This document shows, piece by piece, positions 43,001 to 55,928 of a DNA stretch of 64,000 nt. Each line of letters starts with the position of its first letter. The first letter of the stretch is position 1. The stretch is from Antedon mediterranea (taxonomy: Eukaryota; Animalia; Echinodermata). The translations under genes and the position numbers were made by a program. The stretch spans positions 10,252,101 to 10,316,100 of the forward strand of contig NC_092677.1 of assembly GCF_964355755.1 (NCBI RefSeq), in the 5' to 3' direction. The notes beneath the pieces were generated by a model. The model ran no database searches. It had not been told where the DNA came from and worked only from the letters and a program-made list of their open reading frames with translations.

Positions 43001-44831
43001 TAAGTGAAGAACATTACCGTAAATCTTCTAATAGTAACCCCCATTCTAATAGTAACCCACCTTATAGATCAATCTATAATAATAATAACCTATTCTCTAA
43101 TAGTAACCCATGGGAGTCACAACAACGTATGATGCAGCCGTATTTTAAAAATAGGGGGATAATGCATGTTTTTCGGGAGTGGGGGAGGATTAAGTGTTTT
43201 TGAGTTTATAAAATAAAGTTAGAGTTCAATCAAATTTGTTTATTCGTACTGTTTTAATTTTTGGCTATGAGTTGCTGACTGGAAAAGTTTGGGGTGGGTT
43301 ACAATTTTTAGGTGCCTAATTCAAGGTTAGTAATAGTAACCCACTACTCTAATAGTAACCCTCCTTCTAATAGTAACCCTCCTTCTAATAGTAACTCACC
43401 CTAAAAAACAATCAAAGAATAATAACCCAGGGTTACAATTAGAAGATTTATACGGTATAGACTTTATATTTTCACCTCCTGACTATTAGTAGATGTAGGC
43501 CTAGTAGGTATTGAACGGTAAGCCACCTGTGATTTTAGGCATGTAGCGTGCATTCCCTTTGCATGGTAGACACATCAGTGGTTAACAATACTACGGAAGG
43601 AAACCATTGAGGTATAGCCTAAACATTCACTTGGAGTGAATTTGAAATGCTTTGGTGTTTAGGCCTAGTTGTGTTTGGTCCCGTGCTTGGTGTTTAGGCC
43701 CAGAGTGTTTGGTTGCAAACAATTCCTCTAGGTTTACCGAGAAAACAGTTGGAGTTCAAACGGTAAGACTGCAAAAGTTGATTGTAATGTTTAGGATGTG
43801 ACATATAATACTAACTACATTCAGGCATTATGCATACCAGGGTTAAAAGCTATATAATCAGACAATACTACTTCTTTTTTTTAACTACTGGTGGTATGTA
43901 CGGCCGATCACATTACTAAAATGAGACCAGTCAGTTGGTTTATAGATTTGACTGGACTCTATAGCCACAAAAGTGGTTGTTTAACTACCCTTCCCCTTGC
44001 TTTGCTCTCTTTATCTTGGATTTGAGCACCTATACCCCAATTGCGTGTACGGCCGATCACCGTTACTACATTGAAAATGATGCTGGTATAAGTTAGTTCA
44101 TAGATTTAACTGGACTCCGTATATAGCCCCAGACATTGTACAGCTCAACCACCCTTCCCATTGCTTTAGGCTAACATATTTAACTTGTATTTGAGCAATG
44201 GTGTGATGTACGGCCAATCACATTACTACAATGAAAATGATATCTGTAAAATTAATATTTTGTGTAGGCCTATTACCGGTATATAAAATACCGACCCATA
44301 ACTGACAGTTCTATGTTTAAACATGCCGATGTAACTAAGAAAGACGGCTCGTGTTAAACATACTAATTATATGCACTTTGATGCCTATCTTTAAACGGTA
44401 GCAACCATAGCTACGTTATACTCTTTTATTAAACGCCATGCAGAGAATTTATAGATGTGTAAAGGGTAAAAAGCACACTATACATAGGCCTATGTCGATA
44501 ACATTTTAATTGCACAGGCCTAACAATAAATTGTGTCCTATGTCTAAATATGATTGTCTTCAATCAGGAGAGAGTTAAATTAAATTAAATTTAATCAATT
44601 AATTTAACTCTTCCCTGGTTCAACTAGCTACCTGCAGAGAATTTGCAGATTTGTCTAGGGTAAAAAGCACACTCATGTACATATTAATATGTGGCTACAA
44701 TTTTAATTGCATAGGCCTAACAATAAATTGTGTCCTATGGGTAAATATGATTGTGTTCACCTACCTGTTGAACATCCGACTGTTGTATTGTAGACCAAAC
44801 AAGCAAAAATAAAAAACGTATAAACATACAT
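33645..44831 (-). CDS. Type-I membrane protein with two divergent SRCR-like domains (paralog A; 9 exons, ~350 aa)
   Basis: Exons 44765-44831 (signal peptide MYVYTFFIFACLVYNTTVGCST), 40972-41197 + 40449-40570 (SRCR-like domain 1: SLRGG..FDGYAIV..GYLC..ADAICRHLCF..YG..C..C..C..VWC), 39416-39593 + 37688-37845 (domain 2: FRLV..GFVTYYLKGTW..VCQELGF..YKFG..C..C..INC), micro-exons 35762-35803, 34677-34724 and 34337-34360 (stalk), and 33645-33832 (TM IVLGVVVAVLVVIIILIIIMA, basic RQRK, acidic tail). All phases agree and total 1053 nt. The SRCR assignment rests on motif recognition only. Confidence 0.72.
35022..35631. repeat. Minisatellite, 50-bp unit, ~12 copies (paralog A intron 6)
   Basis: GGATGCCACCACACAGGAGGTATTCAGGGGGTAGGTTTAAGTTGCCAACT repeated. 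Confidence 0.95.
35925..36715 (-). mobile_element. 5'-truncated LINE (CR1/L2/Rex-like) reverse-transcriptase remnant
   Basis: ORF 36516-36710 has KFADDSAMVGLI..FLELNINKTKEL.IDFRK (RT catalytic region). ORF 36025-36453 has RLYCLRKL.SF..FYSSV..HPLH..RYKYSFYP (C-terminus). The element is frame-disrupted and has a short repeat tail near 35921-35945. Confidence 0.88.
37022..37445 (+). mobile_element. Solo terminal arm of an Academ-like element
   Basis: Starts TAGTGGGG and contains TTTTCAAAATGGCCGCC and TGACCTTTGACC motifs like those in the 45898-49760 TIRs. No partner arm is visible. Confidence 0.45.
42000..42310 (+). mobile_element. Decayed LINE (CR1/L2) RT fragment
   Basis: Translates in part to KIARVTPIYKSD..YRSISILSIFSK, a typical non-LTR RT N-terminal motif; it is interrupted. 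Confidence 0.55.
42334..42492. mobile_element. Tourist-like MITE, family 2
   Basis: AGCGTGGTTCCCACTAGAGACGCAACG ... AGTGGGAACCAAGCT flanked by TTA/TAA. Copies lie at 52817-52997, ~45200-45358, ~50150-50262, ~59588-59660 and ~39365-39408. Confidence 0.75.
43015..43458. mobile_element. TA-flanked Tc1/mariner-like MITE with internal AATAGTAACCC repeats
   Basis: TACCGTAAATCTTCTAATAGTAACCC ... GGGTTACAATTAGAAGATTTATACGGTA. Confidence 0.7.
43895..44760. repeat. Local tandem duplications in intron 1 of paralog A (~150-160-bp unit x2-3 and a ~120-bp block x2)
   Basis: GTACGGCC(G/A)ATCAC recurs at ~43898, 44047 and 44207. TGCAGAGAATTT..GGGTAAAAAGCACACT..AATAAATTGTGTCCTATG recurs at ~44439 and 44633. 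Confidence 0.7.
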
Positions 44832-45405
44832 GCTTCTATAGTCGAAGTTAATTCATTATTTGCAAAATAGCATACTCTATATGACGACTCGTCGCGTGTT
44901 TTAGATGTCAATGATATGAATTAATATTCCATCGTTTATATAAGCCGATCATGTTGTATCGGCCTATAAATAACTTTCGGAAAGTCCCGTCCTTATTTGG
45001 GCTTTCGATACCAAATTAACGGAATCTGTAATTTATTCATTAGTCGGATAATTTATACTATTGTTAGTTTGGTTTTTAGAATCGATTGTAAATTTTTTTT
45101 ATTATTTTAAGCACTGTAAAACATTTTTTTTATCTTAGGGCCTATTTAAACGTCAATGTAACATGAATTTTTATTTGTAATAAAATAATTACGCACCTTA
45201 AAGCTTAGTTTCTACTAGGACGCAACGCAATGACGTAGCACAACGCACATACTTTGACCAATCACAACCGTTGGATTATTTAAATTGTCGCTTTTCATTC
45301 GTGAACTTGCGTACGTTGCGCTAACGTCCTGGCTCTGCGTCCTATTAGGAGCCAAGTTTAAACTTTGTCAAATCACTGCTCTGTGGCCTAAAGCACCCCA
45401 CGTCT

Positions 45406-45852
45406 CACTGTAAAAATAGTGTTTATATCTTAAACACCTATTTTGTACCCACTTTTTCCACACGTTTAGCTTTTAAACACGAGTTACATGTTTAGCGTGT
45501 TTTAAATCTAAACGTGTTTATAGCTACATGTTGTTGTTGTCCTTCTCTCATTTAGCAGTCAACATTTCGCTATTGTGTTCAGTCAACATGTTTAGGTACG
45601 TGTTTAGCGATTTTACGGGAAAAAGCTCGAGTATAAGCTCCACACATGGAAAGTTAAACGCATTTAAACGTGTCTTTATATTGCTTCACATGTTACACAA
45701 TCAACACGTAATTGATGTGTTGAGTTGGATACAGACTACATGTTTAGAATGTATTTAGAACCTAATCATGTTCATATCTGAACATGTTTGAGGCTAAATG
45801 TGTGGAAAAAACTGATTACAAAATTTAAGATCTAAACACTATTTTTACAGTT
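45406..45852. mobile_element. MITE with CACTG-type TIRs (CMC/EnSpm-like)
   Basis: CACTGTAAAAATAGTGTTTATATCTTAAA ... TTTAAGATCTAAACACTATTTTTACAGT. Confidence 0.7.
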
Positions 45853-45897
45853 CGAGTCACCATTCACCTTTCCTGTGAAAACCAAAATATCCCTAAC

Positions 45898-48800
45898 TAG
45901 TAGAGCAGTTAATGACATGAGCTGTGCATTTTATTACCAAAGCATGAAACTTGGCACAAAGTTTCTTTAATGTATATAGATTCAAAATATCGGGGGGTGC
46001 CAAGTGTCCAACGTCCGGTATGGCGGCCATCTTGATTTCAAAATGGCCACCATAAAAACAAAAAATGTTTATATCTTGGCAACTATACACATTAGAGACT
46101 TAATTATGGTCTCAAATTGTTCACAAACTATATATTTCTATTTGCTCTAATGAAAATTTTCGTCCAAAAATGACCGGAAATGACGTTTCTTTCAGTTTGA
46201 CCTTTGACCTCGTATTTGTATATCTCTGTAACTACTGGTCTTTTTCAATCGATTTTGGTGTCATTTTGTTCAGAATAAAAACATTTATATTAGTAGTAAT
46301 GAAACATTTTCACATAAAATGACCGGAAATACAATTTATGACCTTTGACATTTATTTATTGATTTTTAATTAGGTGAATATACTGTATGTGGTTTTTGTT
46401 GGTCTTTGAACTTTGACCTGATAGGCGTAATTATATTAAATGATTAATGGACTTAAATTGTATATAGTACATAGAATTGGTAAACATTGTGCTTGATGGT
46501 ACCATTAGTTCAATGATGTTGGCACCTTCTGATTCGCTAAAAGTTTTAATAGTTTGACAGAGGAAATAACATACATGTTATGGAATACCGTCAAATCTCG
46601 AAAAGGTGATAGTATGAGCTTCTTTTCGAGATAGACTGTATTTGAATGTCAAATGAAAACTATGATGATCGTGTTTATATCAATATATTATTAATGACCT
46701 TACAAAGAACCCTTTATATTTCAACAATCAAGCCTCAGTTATTCTACAATGTATTGTTTTCCAAGTGGTATTTTGATTGTATCTTCTTTTTGTATGCTTC
46801 CTCGGTTAATATGGTCCTACCCCTCCTTCTTTGTCTGTAGATGGTCTTATACCCCATTCTTTGTCTGTGGATGGTCTTATACCCCATTCTTTGTCTGTGG
46901 ATGGTCTTATACCCTCTTCTTTGTCTGTGGATGGTCTTACACCCCCTTCTGTGTGTGTTGATGGTATTACACCCCTTTCTTTATGTGTGGATGGTCTTAC
47001 ACCCCTTTCTTTGTATGTAGATGGTCTTCCACCCCTTCTTTGTCTGTGAATGGTCCTACACTTCCTTCTTTGTCTGTGGATGGTCCTACACCCCCTTCTT
47101 TGTCTGTGGATGGTCTTATACCCCCTTCTTTGTCTGTAAGTGGTCCTATACCCTTTCTTTGTCAGTGGATGGTCTTACACCCCCTTCTTTGTCTGTGGAC
47201 GGTCCTACACCCCCTTCTTTGTCTGTGGATGGTCTTACACCCCTTTCTTTGTCTGTGGACGGTATTATACCCCCTTCTGTGCCTGTTGATGGTATTACAC
47301 CCTTTGCTTTGTCTGTTGATGGTATTACACCCTTTTCTTTGTCTGTTGATGGTATTACACCCTTTTCTTTGTCTGTGGATGGTATTACACCCCTTTTTTT
47401 GTGTGTGGATGGTATTACACCCCTTTTTTTGTGTGTGGATGGTCTTACACCTTTTTCTTTGTGTGTGGATGGTCTTACACCCCTTCTTTGTCTGTGGATG
47501 GTCTTACACCCCCTTCTTTCTCTGTCGATGGTCTTATACCCCTTCTTTGTCTGTGAATGGTCTTATACCCCATTCTTTGTCTGTGGATGGTCCTACATCC
47601 CCTTCTTTGTCTGTGGATGGTCCTACACCCCCTTCTTTGTCTGTGGATGGTCCTACACCCCCTTCTTTGTCTGTGGATGGTCTTATACCCCCTTCTTTGT
47701 CTGTAAGTGGTCCTATACCCCCTTCTTTGTCAGTGGATGGTCTTACACCCCCTTCTTTGTCTGTGGAGGGTCCTACGCCCCCTTCTTGGTCTGTGGATGG
47801 TCTTACACCCACTTCTTTGTCTGTGGATGGTCTTATACCCCCTTCTTTGTCTGTAAGTGGTCCTATACCCCCTTCTTTGTCAGTGGATGGTCTTACACCC
47901 CCTTCTTTGTCTGTGGAGGGTCCTACGCCCCCTTCTTGGTCTGTGGATGGTCTACACCCCCTTCTTTGTCTGTGGATGGTCTTATACCCCCTTCTTTGTC
48001 TGTAAGTGGTCCTATACCCCCTTCTTTGTCAGTGGATGGTCTTACATCCCCTTCTTTGTCTGTGGAGGGTCCTACGCCCCCTTAATTATTTGTCTGCGGA
48101 TGGTCTTACACCCCCTTCTTTGTCTGTGGATGGTCTTACACCCCCTTCTTTGTCTGTGGATGGTCCTACACCCCCTTCTTTGTCTGTAGATGGCCTTCCC
48201 CTTTCTTTGTCTGTTGATGGTCTGTGGATGGTCTTACACCCCCTTCTTTGTCTGTGGATGGTCTTATACCCCCTTCTTTGTCTGTAAGTGGTCCTATACC
48301 CCCTTCTTTGTCAGTGGATGGTCTTACATCCCCTTCTTTGTCTGTGGAGGGTCCTACGCCCCCTTATTTGTCTGTGGATGGTCTTACACCCCCTTCTTTG
48401 TCTATGGATGGTCTTACACCCCCTTCTTTGTCTGTGGATGGTCCTACACCCCCTTCTTTGTCTGTAGATGGCCTTCCCCTTTCTTTGTCTGTGGATGGTC
48501 TTATACCCCCTTCTTTGTGTGTGGATGGTCTTACACCCCCTTCTTTGTCTGTGGATGGTCTTATACCCCCTTCTTTGTCTGTGGATGGTCTTATACCCCC
48601 TTCTTTGTCTGTGGGTGGTCTTATACCCCCTTCTTTGTCTGTGGATGGTCTGGACCCACTACTTTGATTGATTAAATCAGACATTGTTTCTTGTATGATT
48701 AGGAGACCAAGACCTTCAAAGTGAAAGTCCACAGGTGGATATCCCTAAAAAGGTCTTGTACAGAACAGTATATTGTAGGTCCATGTCACTAATTTGAGGA

Positions 48801-49760
48801 TTACTTGAATAATTATATTGAGATGTCTTTTACGAATTTATTTGGTTCGGATTTTGCTAAAAAATCAATGACTAGAGAAAATCGAGGAAAAGGATTCATA
48901 TGGTTTACAGCAAAGGCTCATTACCATAAAAATTGAGTACATTTGTTTAGATGCAACGAAAATGACCAAGAATTATCTAAAGTTTCTGACTAATGAAAGT
49001 AGGTCTACTGTAGTAAGTACTTTGAAAGACGGTGTTCTCTTAACTCATGAAAATGAGAACTTTCCGAACTTGTCTCATATGCAACATCAAAGAGGCCAAC
49101 GAAAGAATGCTACTTTACACCAAAATATTTCCAAATGGCATCTATCAATTCAACTTTTATTTCAGACAATTGTCCATATGGTATAATATATTACAAAAAA
49201 AAAAGAAAAGATGAAGGAGAGAGGACCAAAACTTTTATATAACGATTGATACATCACAGTTTAGCAAACAAGTCGGCATAGATGAGCTCAGTGATTGCTG
49301 TTTCTCAGTGATCTGTCATTTCCAGTCATTTTATGTGAAAATGTTTCATTACTACAAATATAAATGTCTCTATTCTGAACAAAATGACACCAAAATCGAT
49401 TGAAAATGATCAGTAGTTACTGAGATATACAGATAAGAGGTCAAAGGTCAAACTGGTAGAAACGTCATTTCCGGTCATTTTTTGACGAAACTTTTCATTA
49501 GAGCAAATAGAAATATGTGGTTTTTGAACATTTTAACACCAGAATCAAGTCTCTACTGTTTATAGTTGCCAAGATATGAACACTTTTTGTTTTTATGGTG
49601 GCCATTTTGAAATCAAGATGGCCGCCATACCGGACGTTGGACACTTGGCACCCCCCAATATTTTGAATCTATATACATCAAAGAAACTTTGTGGCAAGTT
49701 TCATGCTTTGGTAATAAAGTGCACAACTTGGCTATTTTTATGGCCTTAACTGCTCTACTA
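45898..49760. mobile_element. 3.86-kb non-autonomous Academ-like DNA transposon with ~430-bp TIRs and 4-bp TSD
   Basis: TAAC|TAGTAGAGCAGTTAA ... TTAACTGCTCTACTA|TAAC. The arms 45898-46330 and 49318-49760 are near-identical inverted repeats containing GGCGGCCATCTTG and TGACCTTTGACC. TAG..CTA termini with a 3-4 bp TSD fit the Academ superfamily. Confidence 0.8.
46810..48655. repeat. Minisatellite, 30-bp unit, ~60 copies, inside the Academ-like element
   Basis: TTTGTCTGTGGATGGTCTTACACCCCCTTC-type unit with indels and a ~120-bp higher-order block. Confidence 0.96.
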
Positions 49761-52700
49761 TAACCGTTCCCATCAATTGACTTTCATTAACATTGTGAAT
49801 GTGAAAAGAGTAGCCTACTTGATCTTTACAATGTGTTAGGCCTTTCATCTTATTGTTGCCTTTGTATTTTGTGGTTACGTAGCCTACACACGTATATCTG
49901 TTCGTGAATCTAGGGCAGTGAATAACATTTAATTGTTTTTTTTTAAATCAATAACCTGCTTTCTTGAAATTCTCCTAATTAGAATAACAACAATGTTTGT
50001 ATTTCCCCCTTTTTCTCCCAACACAGTACCTAGATGATTCTGGAAATCCCGACTCTGATTCATACGGAGTTCTGATGAAATTATTTATTAAATTATTAAA
50101 TGGAACAGACCATATAATATCACAAAATGCATGCACACTTCTTAAGTGAGTTGACCAATAACAAGTGACAGTTTGGAAGATCCATCGCGTCGTTATTGGT
50201 CAAGGCTCACTTGCGTTGCGCTTACGTCGTTGCGTCGCGTCCAAGGAGTGAGAGCAAAGCTAACGATGAATATATGTAATCCATAGAAATTGGCTACAGG
50301 ATAGGAGCGTAAAGGTCTGTCTACACTATCAAAATGTATGTGACAAAAAAAAATGTGATGTGCCCATATATGGACATGATGATGTCATGCCACTACCATA
50401 TTTGAACATATCACTACCATATTTGGGCATATCACACTATTTTGTCTTAGTGTAGTAGCAAATTGTTGTTGTATGGGAGAAATGATTTGGTTAATATATT
50501 TTTTTATTTTTTTATTTCCCGTAACGTAACATCCATGTGGTCATGGAAAACAAATCTGCACGTATAACATTTGTTTTTAGATTTATAATATTTTTATTAT
50601 GCATATTATTTTACATTTTTCCAGGGAGGTGTAAATCTAGACTTGCCCAAGTCTGTATTCATTGTCTTTTTTATGTTATTCCACCAGTTTCGATTTTTGT
50701 CTGAATATACGAGCTAATGTATTATACGTATGAAGCGCCATATGTGCCAAATTATTATTTTACTATTTTCGGTCTAGAACTTAGACTAGTGTAAAACCTC
50801 CATTTTATTTCTGTAATGATGTTTTAATAAGTTTGTCTACATATTTGTTTGTATTATGACATGAGTTCGGATTATTATGATACGGTGTTTCACTGTAACC
50901 TGTAAATGTTGGGTACACCCGCCCACGCCGCCGTTAAGTAAACTATATTATCATGGGCTACTATCCTTTAGCCCCAATAACATATTTATTCTAACATGTC
51001 TACTTTGTAAATTAATTATCAAATTATTGGAATCGTCATTGTTTTTTCATAATCTTACTCTCAAACTTGCTCTTTTAAGTGCACCTCAAACAGATTTAGA
51101 GACGGTAATACTGCAATAACATTTCATAGGTATTATACACTTGTCATTACCTGGTATTTTGCTTGTACGACACGCACGTATTCCGCATTCAAGTAACATG
51201 AGAACAAATTAAAAGGTAAATATGTTCGAAGAAATGAATCGTTCATAAAATTCTCACTTAAAACAATTTGAATTTTGCAACTCCGGGTGTTGTGGATGGG
51301 TTTATGAGAAAAAAAATCAATTCTTATTTATTTTCATATGCACCCACAACATATGCATCCCCAACATATTCATGTACACGGAGGATGCATATTTTAAGAT
51401 CTGTGCTACGCAGAGCAGAGATCTATGCTAATGTATACATCCTTGAAAAAATAATAAATAAATATTGACAATAACAATAAGCTGCTGAATAAAAAGTAAA
51501 TAAATAAAAATAAAAAAAAGAGTAAAGGCATTATACAAAAATACATAGGTGTATATTATAGGTAAAAGTAATATTAGGTATTAACACGAATATAAACAAT
51601 ATAAGCATTAGAACAGTCTTAGAATTCAGAATAGAATGGACTTTTTGTGGATTTGTTTGTATTAATTATTGTGTGCAGTTGATGTAAATGTTAGAAATTG
51701 TGGTAGGATAAAATATTGCTAATTACAGGGAGAGGGGCATGTGTAGGATGTAGGCCTAGGCTACTCATTTCCGTTCAATTGACCTCCTAACCAGCCCACC
51801 TCTCTCCCCCTCCTCCCATGGATTCGCTCCTGCATGCAAGTTAAATGTACTGTATATTGTATACAGTTCGCATTTCGAAATTGATGCACACTTTGCTCTA
51901 TATTTGTGGGTCGTGCTGAAGCAACGATGAGTCATGGCTGCGTAGATAAAATGCTGTCGCTTCCCTGAGCCAATACAATACAACATAAACACGTCATATC
52001 TTCACGTATTATAATTCGCGGAATTTTGCGCTGGAGTGCCGATGAATGGCTCTATCCAGGCTCCAACAGACTTGTTTTTATATATCTATAGATATCATGT
52101 TCCACCAGAGTCTCAGCACTAAGTATCTATATTTCCACAACGGGGATTTCCCTTTCCCATTACACAATACCTCATGAATTTTAATATTTCGCAGAATGCT
52201 GTTTAACCTTAAATAGACTTATTTCTCAAAAAACGTATTACAATGGGACAAATGTATGCATCAAATTGTTAATGAGAGAAATGATTAGCGCAGCTTAGAT
52301 TTTTGGTTAGGTTAGACATTTTTATCAGAATAAAGTAAGTTTAAACAATAAATTTATTATGGTATACATAAATGTAGTTATCTGGAGTTAAGTTTATGGA
52401 ATACTCTAAAACAAAACCTTTAAAAATGTATATAGGCGACCTAACTACTTATTCATTTGACAAAGTGCCCTAAGAAATTTAATATTTTAAATTACTAGGC
52501 CTATTGATAATGTTTTCTTTTAATCGTTTTATTGTTTCACTTTGACATATTTCACTATTATCAGTAAATTATCCCTGTTTTTATTTATTTTATTCTTATT
52601 GTTTTAAGGGTCTCTTCTTTAAAACTTTGCTTATTTTGAGTCCCTTTTCCGTAACGTTTGATGATATTCGTTACATAACCTTGTTTTTAAGCTAATTTGT

Positions 52701-52816
52701 ACAATATACACAATTATTTGATTTTTTCATATCCTTATTTTATAAAAAATTCATTTGTATGTATTTATTTTTCTATATTTGTAAGCAGCAGTTGTACCAA
52801 GATGACATCGGGTAAA

Positions 52817-52997
52817 GCGTGGTTCCCACTAGCGACGCAACGCAAGGACGTAAAGCAACGCAAGTGAATTGACCAATCACAAGCGATGGCTTATTCGCTT
52901 ATGATTGTTGCTAACTGTCTATAACTTCGCTTGTCATTGGTTAAAACGCTTGCGTTGCGTTTACGCCCTTGCGTTACGTTCTAGTGGGAACCACGCT
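52817..52997. mobile_element. Tourist-like MITE, family 2 copy
   Basis: TAA|AGCGTGGTTCCCACTAG ... CTAGTGGGAACCACGCT|TAA, followed at once by the start of another TIR. Confidence 0.82.
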
Positions 52998-55928
52998 TAA
53001 GCTTGGTTCCCACTAGAACTAGAATACTTTCAAACTTTTGCATTCCTCTTTTTTTCATTTCATGCTTTTTGTCTTGGTGAAAAGGGATGATGATATTCCA
53101 TATTCCTCCCCTGAGTTCATAGCCTCTCTACTCGAACACAAACAAGAACAAAAATAAGATAGTTTAAAAAGAAATATTTTAATCATTTATTTTACCGCCA
53201 TCTTTTATTTTTACATTTTAATTAACATCGTATCTATCCGTAAGTATCCGCTAACTAGTTTTTGTATAAATTTATACTTTTAATTATAAACAGAAACCAA
53301 AGAGGTTAAAACTTTGAAAATTCTCAATTCTTCTTCCATATTTTTTTTGTAATGAAAACATGTCATGCACACAAACACTAGAAAAGATAATAATATGATG
53401 TGTTTCTTAGTATAATAATACATCGAAATTGCGAAATAATCGTTAATTAAACTCGCCTGTTGATTAATACTAATAGGTTGTGATGAGCTACGGTAGGCCT
53501 ACCATTACACTCATACCATGCTCATACCAGAACTTATTAATATCAAAACAAAACTAATGTGTTTATATTTTTGACTCGGAGCCAAATGTTACTTATGTTA
53601 TATAGGAAAATACTATCAAAAACATACAGTCATACCAATATATTTCTACACTAGTTAAAATAACATGTGGAAAGAACTATAATACATATATTACACAACA
53701 GGCCTCAATAATGAATAATAAGTTTTGGTTTCCTTTTCTTTATCTTCTATCAAATCTTCAATCTTTAATACAGGCCCATTTATACTATACTTACTTATAC
53801 TACGACGATCATTAGATAAACATGCATTTTTCCTACTTAAAACAAAAGAAATCGAAAAAGTTTTCATCCTATAACTATTATAGCATAACCATCTAAACTG
53901 CCTTTGTTAAAAATAATATTTTCACACGTCCAAATCAAATGACGTCATGATTAGTAAGAGAAATAATATCGTTACAATACAACGATTTTATTGTTTTTAT
54001 TGTCTTATCATTTTAAAAGTAGATTAGGCCTACTTACATATTATTTCTAAGAAAACACAAGACATTAAAATGAACCAATATAAAAGGCCTAAACGGCAAA
54101 AAAAGAGACAAAATATTATTTGTTTTTTACAATTTTTTTGTACAATTATACAATTCTTTAAACAATTGATTTTCCATGCCTCAGTTGCACTATAGAGAAA
54201 TACATTATTTCTCTATGGTTGCACGGTATAAAAAATGTTATTTTTTCCTGTAAATTTTGGTTCCATTAGATTATTATTCGATCACCGACCTGAAATGGTG
54301 AAGGTGAGGTTTTAACTTGGAAGTACAGTACTATATATTCATGTTATGAAATCCACGCTAATGGATATGTATTCAACTAACGCAATAGGGGCTGGTTGTG
54401 TATTTAAATTTTGATTGTAAACACCACGGAAGTAAAGTTCCCTGGTAAACACACAATTACGACACATGCTCTCCACTCTAAAAAGTGATATCTTGTTTCA
54501 AAGTAAAATATTTGTTTTCATCTCCAAATTATTATTGAACACAAAAGAAAGGCAAATGCCCTATAGCATCATGGGTAAGTGCTATTGTGTGAACACCAAA
54601 AGTCTCGCAGATTACAATCAGCTAGGCCTGTAACACACGAACTATATAATTAAATCCCGTCCCGCGTCAACACCCCTTCCGCCACTGTATACCGAAACTA
54701 TTGTCTGTCTTGTTTTTAAACTATATCCATTATGATTGACATGTTTCGCCTGCGGGGTTTATCCCATTTTAAAAGACTTTTTGAAATTCTACTCGAATTA
54801 TTACTATACAGTTAATATAAATTGTATTTTATGCCCATACAATTGTTGTTGAGTGTCTATTGTGTTCATTTAACCCTATCTCAGTTAAATTTTTGCAAAG
54901 TTATTATCCTGTATAAAACAAAAGGTTTACGGAACTAAACTTAAATTTATTTTTTTTCTTTAAAATCGAAAGCACAATATTGAGATGTAGGTTACAACAT
55001 TATATACAAATTTGTACAATAAAACAAATTACATATTTAGGCCTATATAACTATAATGTATACTTTGTTATACTTTAGGCCTATTTACTTTACACTTCTT
55101 TGTATTTTAGTAGCATAACTTATTTTTAATCGATAATTTTTGTTAATTTCGTCGCACCATAGGGTTTTTACTTACGTAAACGGCGTTCCATACATTTTTT
55201 ACAACTTTAATAATGTACTTAATAACAGTCATAAACTTTTTTCTACTTTATAGGATTTTTATCAGATAATCTATATTGTTTTGACTACTCTTGTAACATG
55301 ACCACAGTGCTGATTTTGCCATTTTTCCTTTAACTTATAATATAATTTTGTCCTAATGTAATGTACCGAGAGGCCATCGTACTTTTTGAGTAAACACTTT
55401 TTACACTTTGGTCGAGTGGACACTTATCATTTTAAAAGTAGAGAGTACCACGTATTTCAGTCTGTTGTGACACGGTCCACCATGACAGTTGATTTTAATC
55501 ATTTTATTACATTACCAGAAAGAAAGTATCATACAATTTCAATAAAAGGCGCCATTTGGTAAGCCAGTTTGATTATAAATTGCCACTGTCGATCGAATAA
55601 ACTTACTCTCGTGTGAGAGCGCGCTTAAAAAAACAAGTTTATTTTATGTAAACATAGGCCTACAACTGAAATTATATATATTGTGATTTTGTTCTATTGT
55701 TGCACTCTAATTGGCATGTTGTATTACAACACAGGTCTATACCATAACATCCCACACGTTAGCAGCTAAAAAGTACATTTGTTTGACCAAAACAATAATG
55801 CGACAAAATACGTATAATACTATGCATTCGTGACTTTCTATCTTCTTTTTGTAGAATCGAAATAAAAATAATAACAATCGTTCTACTTTCAACCTCGCGT
55901 CTAAACCGTAACTTGACGTCATAGTGCC

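Noticed and set aside
46749-48732. Pro/Ser-rich repetitive ORFs (PPSLSVDGLT) resembling a mucin
   Set aside because: A 30-bp satellite inside a transposon, with frequent 1-nt indels that switch frame; no splice context links it to the neighbouring genes.
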